A stretch of 64,000 nt of DNA, taken from the NCBI GenBank assembly GCA_951406725.2, contig OX597840.1, positions 20,336,001 to 20,400,000 of the forward strand, written 5' to 3'. The stretch comes from Octopus vulgaris (Eukaryota). A program made the translations under genes and the position numbers. Below are positions 36,601 to 50,654 of the stretch, in pieces. Position 1 is the stretch's first letter; each line of letters opens with the position of its first letter. Below the pieces are notes generated by a model that was not told the DNA's origin, did not search any database, and saw only the letters and a program-made list of their open reading frames with translations.

Positions 36601-38115
36601 TTAAAGAAAAAAAACACTATTATGCAATTCAAACAATGATAGATATAGGCCAAATCATAAATAAAAAATAAAATATATTTTTATAAAACATATAACTAGA
36701 TCACAAAAAGTATAAAAATGAATAATCAATATATAATAAGTAAAAGAAACTACGTATGTTTCATGGCTATAATTAAATTTGAATTACAATTAAATTTAAA
36801 TTTAAAAATCAATTCAATTTAAAATTATAGTCACTCTTCAGGTTAACAATAATAGTTAAATAAATAAGCAAATAGAGTTAAACAATATTTATTAAAAAAT
36901 AAATGAACAAAATAACGATTTTTCTTATAGAAGAAACTCCATTAACTAAATTTGAAATTTAAAACATTTGGATCATTTCCCTACAAAACATTTATTATGA
37001 TAAATATTTAAGGTAAAAAAATAGAGTAAATAGATAGAAGAATGTATTTATCTGTGAAGATATAATTTAGCCTAATTAAAAACATTAATAAACTTAGGTT
37101 AATATCTTTAACCTAGTTATACTCTAATATTTAATTACCAAACTATTTTACAAAACAATCACACTTAATATTTTTAGATTTTAGTTCGCTTATAATAATT
37201 ATAAAATAATGAATACATAAAAATAAGTATCTAAATTATAATCAACAAATATAGTAATTAAAAATCTATATTTTTCCTATCAATAAACATATTGATCTAG
37301 TTATATGCTTTATAAAAATATATTTTATTTTTTATTTATGATTTGGTTTATGTCTATCATTGTTTGAATTGCATAATAGTGGTTTTTTTCTCTAATCTAT
37401 ATATATAAAAGTAAGGCTGTGTGGTGTCTGTCTCCTACGATTTAGATTCCTAACTACTCCCACATTTTGCGGTGCAGTTTAACCAAAACCGGGTATCTTA
37501 TAGTCGTGATTCATATCGAGCCCTTCTGGGTATTAGTGCGCGTCTACGATGAGTCTACGATTAAAAAAAAAATTTACCATAATTTTTTTCCCATTTTTAA
37601 TGCATTTTTTTTTGCTATTATATAAGGGAAGTAACTCTCTAAAAATGTCTACGATGAATCTACGATTTAAAAAATAATTTACCCTTATTTTTTTCCATTT
37701 TTAATGCATTTTTTGCTATTATATAAGGGAAGTAACTCTCTAAAAATGTCTACGATGAGTCTACGATTTAAAAAATAATTTACCCTTATTTTTTTCCATT
37801 TTTAATGCATTTTTTTTGCTATTATATAAGGGAAGTAACTCTCTAAAAATGTCTACGATGAGTACGATTTAAAAAAAAATTTACCATTATTTTTTTCCAT
37901 TTTTAATGCATTTTTTTGCTATTATATAAGGGAAGTAACTCTCTAAAAATGTCTATGATGAGTCTATGATTTAAAAAAAAATTACCATAATTTTTTTCCA
38001 TCTTTAATGCATTTTTTTGCTATTATATAAGGGAAGTAACTCTCTAAAAATGCTTATATAGTTATTTCCCTTACAAACCCGAGCAACGCCGGGGGATACT
38101 GCTAGTTTATATTAA
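36595..38115 (-). mobile_element. AT-rich element with ~100-bp inverted termini and a hammerhead-like motif (Penelope-like derivative), interrupted by a Helitron
   Basis: 36600-36702 is inverted at 37293-37395. The minus strand of 36748-36844 reads AAC-CTGAAGA-GTGACTATAAT...ATTATAGCCAT-GAAAC-ATAC-GTA-GTT. Confidence 0.6.
37396..38105 (+). mobile_element. Non-autonomous Helitron with an internal ~100-bp minisatellite (5 units)
   Basis: A|TCTATATATATAAAAG ... CCCGAGCAACGCCGGG..ACTGCTAG|T, no TSD; repeat unit GTCTACGATGAGTCTACGATTTAAAAAA...AAGGGAAGTAACTCTCTAAAAAT. Confidence 0.9.
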
Positions 38116-38498
38116 TTTTTAAATATTGGATGGCTAGCAGGTAGGGTCCACCAGAATAAAATAGTATTTGAAAGGGTCCATAAACCAAAAAAAAAATGAT
38201 TGAGAACCCCTGATTTAACCCATGGGTGGGACCTTCTTTCATGTCATACCCACCCTTTTGGACTTCCACTCACCCTCCACAGATATACTTTTTGTTTTTT
38301 GTTTTTGCACTGCACTCTCAGTATCTTCTCTTGTCACCTTATTTTCTGCTCTGAGTTAGTTTATATACTCACATGTAGGAACATGTGGGTGTCTATCTTT
38401 CTACCTACCTATCTATCTATCTATCCATCCATCTGTCCGTCCGTCTATCTATCTCTCTCTGTCAATCAGTATGTCTGTCTGTATGTCTATCTATTAAG

Positions 38499-38962
38499 AT
38501 ATCTATGTATGCTTATATCTATGTATCTATCTACCTACCTGTCTATAGATACAAAGGTAAATAGGTAAATTGATTACCTACCTACCTACCTACCTACCTA
38601 CCTATCTAACTATCTATCTATCAACATATCTATGTATGCTTATATCTATGTATTTATCTACCTACCTGTCTATAGATACAAAGGTAAATAGGTAAATTGA
38701 TTACCTACCTACCTACCTACCTACCTACCTATCTAACTATCTATCTATCAACATATCTATGTATGCTTATATCTATGTATCTATCTACCTACCTGTCTAT
38801 AGATACAAAGGTAAATAGGTAAATTGATTACCTACCTACCTACCTACCTATCTAACTATCTCTCTATCTATTAACATATCTATGTATGCTTATATCTATG
38901 TATCTATCTACCTACCTGTCTATAGATACACAGGTAAATAGGTAAATTGATTACCTACCTAC
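38499..38962. repeat. ~125-bp minisatellite, about 4 copies
   Basis: ATATCTATGTATGCTTATATCTATG..CTGTCTATAGATACAAAGGTAAATAGGTAAATTGATTACC-(TACC)n repeated. Confidence 0.88.
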
Positions 38963-38974
38963 AAACCTACATAC

Positions 38975-39009
<35 letters not shown>

Positions 39010-39624
39010 CATATCTATATATCTGTGTGTGTGTGTGAGTCTGTGTATGAGAGTGATAGAGAAAGAGAAAGAGAGAGAGAGAAGGGGGGGAGAGATTGGT
39101 GAAGCTGAGAGGGTTGATGCTGTGCCTAAAACATCTGTCCATCAGTGCACATGTAAAAAAAAAAATTATTAATTAAAAAAAACGAAAAAACACAACAAAA
39201 CCAAAAGAAAAATTCACCTCAAAACAAACAAAACAAATAGAAGGGCGGAGAAGGGACGTGTGATCTGGTTACATGCAACAAAGGTGAATTATAATAAAAA
39301 CGCACATCAAACTATGTGAATAGGGATTAGACAGGGGTCACCAATAGCAAGGTTCCACTCGGGCCAGTGCTTGTCTTCACTGTTGTGGGTTAAAACCAAA
39401 TCTTTTTGGCATGGAACTGAACAGCTTCCAGTCATGACCATCACTTATACAACTCAGAAACAACAGTTATCTATTGATCTTTTCGTATACTATAGGTGCA
39501 GACTGGTTGAGTGGTTAAGAAGCTTGCTTCCGACCATGAGGTTTTGGGTTCAGTTCCACTGTGAGGGCGTCTTGGCCAAGAGTCTTCTGCCAAGGATTTG
39601 GCAGACGGAAGCTGAAAGAAGTCC

Positions 39625-39669
<45 letters not shown>

Positions 39670-40390
39670 AAATAAGCAACAAGGATACCCAAGGTAGTGT
39701 AGTACAATCGTTTCATGCTACTTCATTTTATTAAACAATATTTATAATCACCCCATTTGATTTAGCACCATCCAAACGTGGCCGATGCCAGCGCCGCCTC
39801 GACTGGCTTCTGTGCCAGTGGCACATAAAAAGCACCATCCGAACGTGACCGATGCCAGACCCCTCTGGCACCTGTGCAGGTGGTACGTAAAAAGCACCAA
39901 CCGATCGTGGCCGAAGCCAGACCCCTCTGGCACCTGTGCAGGTGGTATGTAAAAAGCACCAACTGATCGTGGCCGAAGCCAGACTTCCCTGGCACCTGTG
40001 CCAGTGGCACGTAAAAAGCACCAACTACACTCGTGGAGTGGTTGGCGTTAGGAAGGGCATCCAGCTGTAGAAACACTACCAGATCAGACTAGAGCCTGGA
40101 GCAGCCCCTGGCTCCCCAGACCCCGGTCGAACCGTCCAACCCATGCTAGCGTGGAAAAAGAAAGTTAAACGATGATGATGATGATGATGAATACCCTGCC
40201 AAATTCTGGTGCCTTTAACTTAAGTACCATATTCATCTGAATCTAAATTTTGCTGAAGCTATATGTAAGTATGTATGTATGCATGCATGCATGCATACAT
40301 AAACAGTATGTGGATTGCTAGAAATAGGAGCCCACCACCACCAATCCGTTTCCACAGTTATCTGTGCCAAAGCCCAACTGTTCTCCTCAC

Positions 40391-40416
40391 CGTGGTGCTG
40401 GGGGTGGCAACGGCAT
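40391..40416 (-). CDS. Putative start-codon exon of the ABHD4/5 gene
   Basis: GCCACATG CCG TTG CCA CCC CCA GCA CCA CG|GTGAGG gives MPLPPPAP(R), phase 2, compatible with 33515-33649 or directly with 30609-30694; acceptor ttcag near 40586. The full chain is 1185 nt (394 aa). Inferred only from phase and splice signals. Confidence 0.45.
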
Positions 40417-40944
40417 GTGGCAAGTATGCTGGCTAAACGGCTCTGGCCTGGGGAAAGACCTGGACACCTACCCCAGTATCTTGGCCAATATACTCTATGG
40501 ATCAAAAGTGTAAGAAGGACACTGATCCAACGAGTGACCGAGAGATCTGTGGGATGGTCAAATAAATTTAAACGACACAAAAAACCTGAAATGTTATCAA
40601 TTTTATTTCGTGTTTCCAGAAGTCAACCTGCAAACAAATAAACAAACAAAACTTTACTTTTTATAAGGACTGAGATAAGAAGCAAGGTTTGTTGTTTCTT
40701 TGTACGTTGACCACTGAAAACATTAAATAAAATTGATAATATTTCAAGTTTTTGATGTCATTTGATGTCATAGGTGCAGGAGTGGCTGTGTGGTAAGTAG
40801 CTTGCTTACCAACCACATGGTTCTGGGTTCAGTCCCACTGTGTGGCACCTTGGGCAAGTGTCTTCTACTATAGCTTTGGGCCGACCAAAGCCTTGTGAGT
40901 GGATTTGGTAGATGGAAACTGAAAGAAGCCCGTCTTATATATGC

Positions 40945-41010
<66 letters not shown>

Positions 41011-41360
41011 GTGTGTGCGTGTATGGTTGTGCGCCTGTGTTTGTCCCCCTAGCATTGCTTGACAACCGATGCTGGTGTGTTTACGTCCCCGTCACTTAGC
41101 GCTTCGGCAAAAGAGACCGATAGAATAAGTACTGGGCTTACAAAGAATAAGTCCCGGGGTCGAGTTGCTCGATTAAAAGGCGGTGCTCCAGCATGGCCGC
41201 AGTCAAATGACTGAAACAAGTAAAAGAGTAAAAGAGAGCGTATTTAAATTAATTTAACCATTCCGCAGATAACTGTGCACTTATTTGCCGCAAACTGATT
41301 GGTGGTGGTGGTCGTGCTAGGAGTTGGTGGAGTATAGGCTTCTAGCAATCCTATCTCTCT

Positions 41361-41678
41361 CTATCCACTCAGTCGAAGTCGACTCTCGGTTACTCCATGG
41401 ATCAGTGTCCTCCAGTCAGTTCTATCCTGGGCCGCTTCTTTCAGATTGGCTGTGTCCATTCCGGTATCACTCTTGATGGTGTCAAGCCACCAGGTTCTTG
41501 GTCGGCCTCTTCCTCTCTTGCCACTGACCATTCCAAGCATGATGTCCTTCTCCAGGGATTTTCTCCGCATAATATGACCAAAATATGCCAATCTATGCTT
41601 GGTGATCCTAGCTTCTAGTGACATTTTCAGCCTGATCTGCTAAAGAACTTCTCCATTGGTGAGCCTCGCCAATACGTT
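41361..41678 (-). mobile_element. RTE (BovB-like) LINE 3' fragment
   Basis: SLEARITKHRLAYFGHIMRRKSLEKDIMLGMVSGKRGRGRPRTWWLDTI...AQDRTDWRTLIHGVTESRLRL*, a typical RTE C-terminus. Confidence 0.9.
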
Positions 41679-42200
41679 CTGTTCAAATTCCGCCGAGGTC
41701 GACTTTGCCTTTCATCCTTTCGGGGTCGATTAAATAAGTACCAGTTATGCACTGGGGTCGATATAATCAACTTAATCCATTTGTCTGTCCTTGTTTGTCC
41801 TCTCTGTGTGTGGCCCCTTGTGGGTAGTAAAGAAATAGGTATTTCGTTTGCCATTATGTTCTGAGTTCAAATTCCGCCGAGGTCGACTTTGCCTTTCATC
41901 CTTTCGGGGTCGATAAATTAAGTACCAGTTACGCATTGGGGTCGATATAATCGACTTAATCCATTTGTCTGTCCTTGTTTGTCCCCTCTATGTTTAACCC
42001 CTTGTGGGTAGTAAAGAAATAGGAATTTTGTTTGCCATTATGTTCTGAGTTCAAATTCCACTGAGGTCGACTTTGCCTTTCTTCTTTTCGGGGTCGATAA
42101 ATTTAGTACCAGTTACGCATTGGGATCGATGTAATCGACTTAATCCCTTTGTCTGTCCTTGTTTGTCCCCTCTATGTTTAGCCCCTCCCCTGTGAGCAAT
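41679..42200 (+). mobile_element. SINE family B tandem array (3 units)
   Basis: Same unit as 5320-6230; a 2-unit array lies at 43160-43510(-). Confidence 0.85.
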
Positions 42201-42535
42201 GCAATAAAGAAATAAACATACACTTTCTAAGTGAGAGCTTTCTGCCGTTTCTAAGTTCGACGTCCTCCTATTTGGAGTACAGCAAACCAGACATCTCGAT
42301 GTATCAATAAAAACACCCTCCACCCCCCACCCGCCATATCCCCACCCCACCCATCACCCCCCACCCCTGCCAAGACGAAAAATGGGACAAATCCCAGAAA
42401 TATTTTTATCTGTACACAATAAATGACCTCCGTAAACAACAGACTGCTTTTACACACACACACACACACAGACACACACAGACACAGACACACACAGACA
42501 CACACACACACACACACATAGACACACACACACAG

Positions 42536-42566
<31 letters not shown>

Positions 42567-42724
42567 GAGTTTCTTTGTCAAACAAACCTTATCAGTTCCT
42601 TTCTGTGTCGCTATTTCTAGTCAGACAAGTCTATCTGGGATTACATCTTGTTCAATGCGTCATCCGATTTCTCATTTGTTTTTGTCTTAGCAGCAGCAGC
42701 AGTAGTAGTAGTAGTAGTAGTAGC

Positions 42725-42755
<31 letters not shown>

Positions 42756-45389
42756 ACAAATGTTTGCTCCCAGGTATCCTGAACCAGCAGTACTCTGCTC
42801 AAAGACACTCCAAGCGTGACCATCCCAGCTGCTTTTCAGTCATAATATATATCTGGGACATCATTTTTCACCGGTTCCATTCAACAGTAGTAGTAGTAGT
42901 AGCAGCAGCAGTAATTTAGTCTAAGCTGTCCTGATCCAGCAGAACTCTGCGTAAAGACGTTCCACCCACGACCATCCAGATTGTATTTTCAGACATAGTC
43001 TATCTAGGACAACATTTTCCAGGTTTCTTCAACCAATAGTAGTAGTAGTAATAGTAGCAGTTGTCCTAGTAATCCTAATTGCTGAACTGTGGTGGGGGTG
43101 GTGGGGGGTATTTGATTACACTGACCCCCAGGACTCAACAGGTACTCATTCTTCTGACCCCAAGGGGCTAAACACAGAGAGGGCAAACAAGGACAGACAA
43201 ATGGATTAAGTCGATTACATCGACCCCAGTGCGTAACTGGTACTTATTTAATCGACCCTGAAAGGATGAAAGGCAAAGTCGACCTCGGCGGAATTTGAAC
43301 TCAGAACGTGGCGGCAGATGAAATGCATATTTATTGACTACCCACAAGGGGCTAAACGCAGAGGGAACAAACAAGGACAGACAAATGGATTAAGTCGATT
43401 ATATTGACCCCAGTGCGAAACTGGTACTTATTTAATCGACCCCGAAAGGACGAAAGGCAAAGTCGACCTCGGTGGAATTTGAACTCAGAACGTAATGGCA
43501 AACGAAATAAAGTTACTGAAATATTGCAAAACTTTTGACTCAACACAATAATTTTTCCATTTTCTTGTATCGTTGCTGCTTTTTAATATGAAATATTTAA
43601 AGAAATTTTAGGAAAATACTTGATAAAGAACATTAAAAATTCAGTCATATTGATATGATTGGAATATTTAGTGTATATTGACCCCCTGGGTCGGCCACAC
43701 AGAGCCCCAGGGTGCAATACTGATCACTTTGCCGACCTCTCACCTGCCCTGCTCATTAAATAACCCCAGGCAAGCAGAGCCTCTATGGGGACACTCAATC
43801 TGCTAGAAATACTTCCACTTGTGGTTGCATTCAACTGGGATGGGTCGAGCCAGCTTTGACCAACAAGTTCACCCTGTCCCTCACGGATGCTGGCCACATC
43901 TGACAGCCAGCTTTAATGTTCCAGCAAGCAAAACAATAATGCTTCTGCTTGCAACCCTAAAATCCAGCTAGCAAACTTGACAAACGTCCCACTGGGAAAG
44001 CAAGAGCATCAGATAGCGTGGACGCTGTAACCGTAGTTGTTATTTGTTGTTTCAGGTGTAGAGGTCATGCCTGGAGTTTCACTGTTAATACAAGTTCACT
44101 CCAAAACGCAATCAAATCTCCTGCAAATCAAACTGTCTCCTATTAAAAACAAATAAACACGCAAGAAGGGCATATTTAGACAGGCCTAAGTGACAGAAAT
44201 ACGTATAATTATAGTGAAAAGGCTGGAATATCTATAATTACGAATCTGCTCAATCAGGACTGACTGGGCAAAATAAAACAAACACAAATTTCATTGCTGT
44301 CTTTCTTAACTTATTGTTGTTCTTTGTCCTATTTTTTAACCTTTTCCAATGGTTTGTTGTGCATAAAAAGCACTGAGTACACTCTGTAAAGTGGTCGGCA
44401 TTATTACGGGCACCCAACCGTAGAAACCAGGCTAAAACAGACGACTGGAGTCGAGTGCAGCCCTCCAGCCTTGCCAACCCCTGTAAAAACAGTCCAACCC
44501 ACGCCAGCAAGGAAAGCGGATGTTAAATAACGATATATTTGCATGAACACACACACACACACGCATGTGTGAATGTATGTGTATCTTTGTCTCCCCTCCC
44601 CCCCCGCTACAGTTTGACAACCGGTAATGGTTTGTTTATGTCCCATAACGAAGCAGTTGGGCAAAAGGAACCGGTAGAATAAGTACCAGGCTTTACTACT
44701 AAGTAAGTACTAGGGTGAATTCGTTCGACTAAAGCCGTCCAACAAGTGTCCCAGCATGGCTGCAATCCAATGATTGAAACCAGCACACACACACACACAC
44801 AAACACATTTTGTCAAACCACTTCATAGACAAGCCTAACCCTAACCCCAACTTATGTCATTTCGTGCATGTCCATTTCGACTTCACATTGGGGGAAAATG
44901 AACCTCAATTCCCGTTGATGCCGGTGGCACATAAAATGCACCAACCGAACGTGGCCGATGCCAGTGCCGCCTCGACTGGCTTCTGTGCCGGTGGCACATA
45001 AAATGCACCAACCGAACGTGGCCGATGCCAGTGCCGCCTCGACTGGCTTCTGTGCCGGTGGCACATAAAAAGCACCAACCGATCGTGGCCGATGCCAGAC
45101 CCCTCTGGCACCTGTGCAGGTGGCACGTAAAAGCACCCACTACACTCGCGGAGTGGTTGGCATTAGGAAGGGCATCCAGCTGTAGAAACTCTGCCAGATC
45201 AGACTGGTGCCTGGAGCAGCTCCTGGCTCCCCAGACCCCGGTCGAACCGTCCAACCCGTGCTAGCGCGGAAAACGGATGTTAAACGATGATGATATTCAA
45301 CGTGCGTCGGTCTCCGTACGTATATTTAAAGGCATAAAAAAAGGGAGAAAAAAACAACCCATGCTTAAAATCCGATATCGAAGTGGAAA

Positions 45390-45828
45390 TCTTTATATAT
45401 AAAAGAGAGGTTGTGTGGTGTCTGTCACGTACGATTTAGATTCCTAACTACTCCCGCATTTTGCAGTGCAGTTTAACCAAAAGCGGGTATCTTATAGTCG
45501 TGATTCATATCGAGCCCTTCTGGGTATTAGCGCGCGTCTACGATGAGTCTACGATTTAAAAAATAATTCACCATTATTTTTTTCCATTTTAATGCATTTT
45601 TTCGCTATTATATAAGGGAAGTAACTCTCTAAAAATGTCTACGATGAGTCAACGATTTAAAAAAAAATTTACCATCATTTTTTTCCATTTTATCGCTATT
45701 ATATAAGGGAAGTAACTCTCTAAAAATATCTACGATGAGTCTACGATTTAAAAAAAAAATTTACCATCATTTTTTCCCATTTTTAATGCATTTGTTTGCT
45801 ATTTTTGGGCCTATAACTCTCTAAAAAT
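45390..45828 (+). mobile_element. 3'-truncated copy of the 37396 Helitron family
   Basis: A|TCTTTATATATAAAAG...GATTTAGATTCCTAACTACTCCC...; three minisatellite units; joins a SINE-A 3' half instead of the CTAG end. Confidence 0.85.
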
Positions 45829-46707
45829 TATGTCCCCGTCTCTTAGCGGTTCGGCAAAAGAGACCGATAGAATAAGTACTGGGCTTACAAAAAAAAGAAT
45901 AAGTCCCGGGGTCGAGTTGCTCGATTAAAGGCGGTGCTCCAGCATGGCCGCAGTCAAATGACTGAAACAAGTAAAAGAGTAAAGAATATATTTTTTTTCT
46001 TTTCGTTTTACGTCGTTTTTCGACTTAAGTCGCATGTCTGTGAGGAAATTTAATGTTATTCTCCTGGCACGACTTAGAAAAACGTACAGAACCCGGGCAA
46101 ATATCTAAAATACTGGTGCACTATAAGACCGACAACACCCTCCACCAAAAATCCTTGGCCTTGTCTAATAAGGGACACCGGCTTCCTTAATTAGATACGA
46201 TTATTTATTAGTTGATTTTAGAATCCAGTTTGGCCGTGGGTGGGAAATTTAGCCGAAACTTTCTCGAGAAGAACACACACACACGAAAAAGGCGAAAAAT
46301 AACGGAGTTTAAACAAAATTGAAATGCCACCGTGTTGATAGCAGGGCATGAATTTTAATGACGGAGAAACCCCGTCGCCCCTAATCGGTTCAAATTCCGG
46401 CTACGCCCAAGTGTGTGTGTGTGTGTGTGTAAGAGAGCGTGAATGTGTGTGTGTGCGTGTGCGTATGTGTTTGTATATAATAATGAAATTATTGTATATC
46501 TATCTATCTATCTGTCTATCTATCCATCTGCCTGTCTGTCTATCTATCTGTCTATCTATCTATCTCTCTATCTATCTATCTATCTCTCTATCTATCTATC
46601 TCTATCTCTCTCTCTATCTATCTATCTATCTGTTTGTCTGTCTGTCTATCTGTCCGTCTGTCTGTCTGTCTATCTATCATCTATCTATCTATCTATCTAT
46701 CTGTCTG

Positions 46708-46812
<105 letters not shown>

Positions 46813-46827
46813 ATGTATGTCTGTCTG

Positions 46828-46869
<42 letters not shown>

Positions 46870-46910
46870 AACTATCTATCTATCTATCTAGCTATCTGTC
46901 TATCTATCTA

Positions 46911-46953
<43 letters not shown>

Positions 46954-46960
46954 GTCTATG

Positions 46961-47055
<95 letters not shown>

Positions 47056-47225
47056 GTCTGTCTATCTATCTATATCGTTTACTTGTTTCAGTCATTACTG
47101 GACTGCGGCCGTGCTGGGGCACGACACCATAAGCCTGGTACTTATTCCGCCGGTCTTACGCCGAACCGCTACGTTGCGGAGGCGTAAACAAACCAGCATC
47201 GGTTGTCACGCGGCAATGGTGGGGA

Positions 47226-47261
<36 letters not shown>

Positions 47262-47392
47262 AAACTAAATTATGCATTATATAATATGTATATATTATAT
47301 AAACCGCGGCTTACGTTTAAATGTCATTGAAATCTTCTTCAGGTATGAAACGTTACGCAGCAGGGAAATGAAATGCAATTTAATCTAAATAA

Positions 47393-47443
<51 letters not shown>

Positions 47444-47582
47444 GCCGGCAATATTCGAAAACACTGCTTATACACCATGTAGTCTTTCCCTTTCGTTGTA
47501 TGCACATACATACATGCATACATACATAATATACATGCATACATACATACATACATACATACATACAAATATACATACATAC

Positions 47583-47613
<31 letters not shown>

Positions 47614-47663
47614 ATATACATACATACATATATACATACATACATATATACATACATACATAT

Positions 47664-47730
<67 letters not shown>

Positions 47731-47772
47731 TATACATACATACGTACATACATACAAATATACATACATATA

Positions 47773-47808
<36 letters not shown>

Positions 47809-48056
47809 CATACATACATACATACATGCGAGGGTGAATACTTTAGGCCGATCGATGTGCAATAAGGGACACACCATCATCATCATCGTCTTTACGACCA
47901 TCTTCATCATCATCATCATCATCGTCTTATTAATAATAACCACCATCCTTATCATCAACATCACAGCCATGGTTATCAGCCAAGCAGATGAAAACAAATG
48001 GTAGGTCACACGCCGAAAAGACAGCATCAACACCCACCCCCACCGCATAAATACAT

Positions 48057-48113
<57 letters not shown>

Positions 48114-48208
48114 GTGCGTGTGTGTATTATATATATATATATATACATGTATATATATATATATATATACATGTATATATATATATATACATGTATATAT
48201 ATATATAT

Positions 48209-48294
<86 letters not shown>

Positions 48295-48305
48295 TATATA
48301 TAATA

Positions 48306-48337
<32 letters not shown>

Positions 48338-48671
48338 AATGTATGTATGTATGTATGTATGTATATTGCGTATACATATGTGTGTGTGTATACGTACGGC
48401 GGTATCATTTATCTTAAGTTTCAGTCATCAGACTGCGGCCATGCTGGGGCACCGCCTTGAAGGGATTCTTTTACCACCTCAGTATTTATTTTCGAAGAGT
48501 CCAATACTTATTATTCCATCGGAACCTTTTCCTTTTTTTTTTCTGTCTTTCTTTCCTTTGCAGAAATCGCAAAGTCACGGCTTTGTAAGAAAGGAAAATA
48601 AAAACAAAGAAAAACTCAAGACCGGTTGTCAAGCGGCGATGAGGAAGACAGACAAAGACACACGGACACAC

Positions 48672-48712
<41 letters not shown>

Positions 48713-49790
48713 TATTTATATATACACACATCTATATACACACACGCACAAACATATCTATACACACACACACACACATCTATGTACACACATCTATATA
48801 CACAAACACATCTATATACACACACATATCTATATACACACACAGACATCTATACACACACACATCTATATACACACACAGACACATCTATACACACACA
48901 CACATCTATATACACACAGACACATCTATACACACACACATCTATATACACACACAGACACATCTATACACACACATCTATATACACACACAGACACATA
49001 CACACACACACATCTATATACACACACACACACACACACATCTATATACACACACACACACAACGGTCTCTTTCCAGTTCCATCTTCCAAATCCAGTCAC
49101 AGGGCTCCGGTCGGCCCGGGGCCATAATAAAAGACACTTCCCCGAGGTGTCACGCAGTGGGATTGAACCCAAGTTACACACGTTCGCAAAGCAAGTTTCC
49201 TCTCTTCTCTATTTTTCTCTATAATAATAATAAAACAAAGCAGTATCCATATATAACACATACCTGTGCGATTCTTCCATTGTGTGTGTGTATATTAGAT
49301 GTCATACAGATGCGAACTACGTTGAGAAATGTGCGTATTACGTCGTCGATGTATATTCATGCGTGTGTATATAATATATATATATATATGCGTGTGTGTG
49401 CGTGTGTGTTGAAGCCAAGTCAATTAGCAGAGGCTCACAATTTTGCGATGTAATGTTTGTATAGGTCTGTGGTGATGATGGTGGTGGTGGTGGCGGTGGT
49501 GATGGTTGTGATGGTGGTGATGGTTGTGGTGGTGGTAGTGGCGATGGTGGCGATGGTGGAGGTTACTGCGGTGGTGGTGGTGGTTGTAGTAGTGATGGTG
49601 GTGGTGGTGGTGAAGATGGTGGTGGTGGCGGTGGTTGTGGTGGTGGTGGTGGTGGTGATGATTGTGAAGTTTACTGCGGTGGTGGTGGTGGTGGTGGCGA
49701 TGTTTCGCGGACTAACTCGTGTAGTGTACGTGTCTGCGTATTACATCATATAAAACTTGCATGTGTGTGTGTGTGTGTATGTGAGAGAGG

Positions 49791-49822
<32 letters not shown>

Positions 49823-49825
49823 AAA

Positions 49826-49878
<53 letters not shown>

Positions 49879-50019
49879 GAAAGTGTGTCTGAGTATGTGT
49901 GTGTGTGTGTGTGTGAGCGAGAGAATGTGTGTGTATGTGTGAGAGGGAGAGAGAGAGAGACTGACAGACAGAGAATGTGTGTGTGAGAGAGAGACAGAGA
50001 AAGTGTGTGTGAGAGCGAG

Positions 50020-50050
<31 letters not shown>

Positions 50051-50654
50051 AAGTGTGTGTGTGAGAGAGACAGAGAGTGACAGACAGACAGAGAAAGTGT
50101 GTCTGAGTGTGTGCGCGTATGTGTGTGGGTGTGTGTGTGGCTGAGCCTGTAGCGTGTCTTTGTGTTTGAGTTCGTTGTGTGTGTATGTGTATGTTGGTGT
50201 GTGTGCCTCCGCCCTACAAAATGCTTGTGTGTCTTTGTTACGTAACGTGTGTGTGTGTGTGTGTGTGAGGCGAGGTGAGTGTCATGCTTTGTATGACGTC
50301 ACAGTAGTGGCATTTGGAGTTTTAAATGTTTGATAAGAAAGAGAAACGAAGGAGAGAGAAAAAGGCTGAGAAAAATAGGCAAGAAGTGTGAACTTAGAGA
50401 AGTGGGAGAGAGATAATGAGGGAGAGAAAAGGAGAGAGAGAGAGAGAGTGAGTGTGTGACTTGAGTTTGTAAGAGTGCGTATGAGAAAGTGTGTTAGAGA
50501 AAGTGTATGTGTGTGAGTGAGAGAGACAGAGGGGTAAGAGGGTGTGTTCGTGAGAAAGGAAAAAATATAAAAGGTACGAGTCTCTGTGTGACGAAGGGTC
50601 GTGGTCGTCTGAACAGCTTTATAAATTTCTGGGCAAAGCAATGCGTTTAAGTAT

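Noticed and set aside
46340-46410. GGTTCAAATTCC B-box-like motif suggesting a tRNA
   Set aside because: No convincing D arm, A box or terminator.
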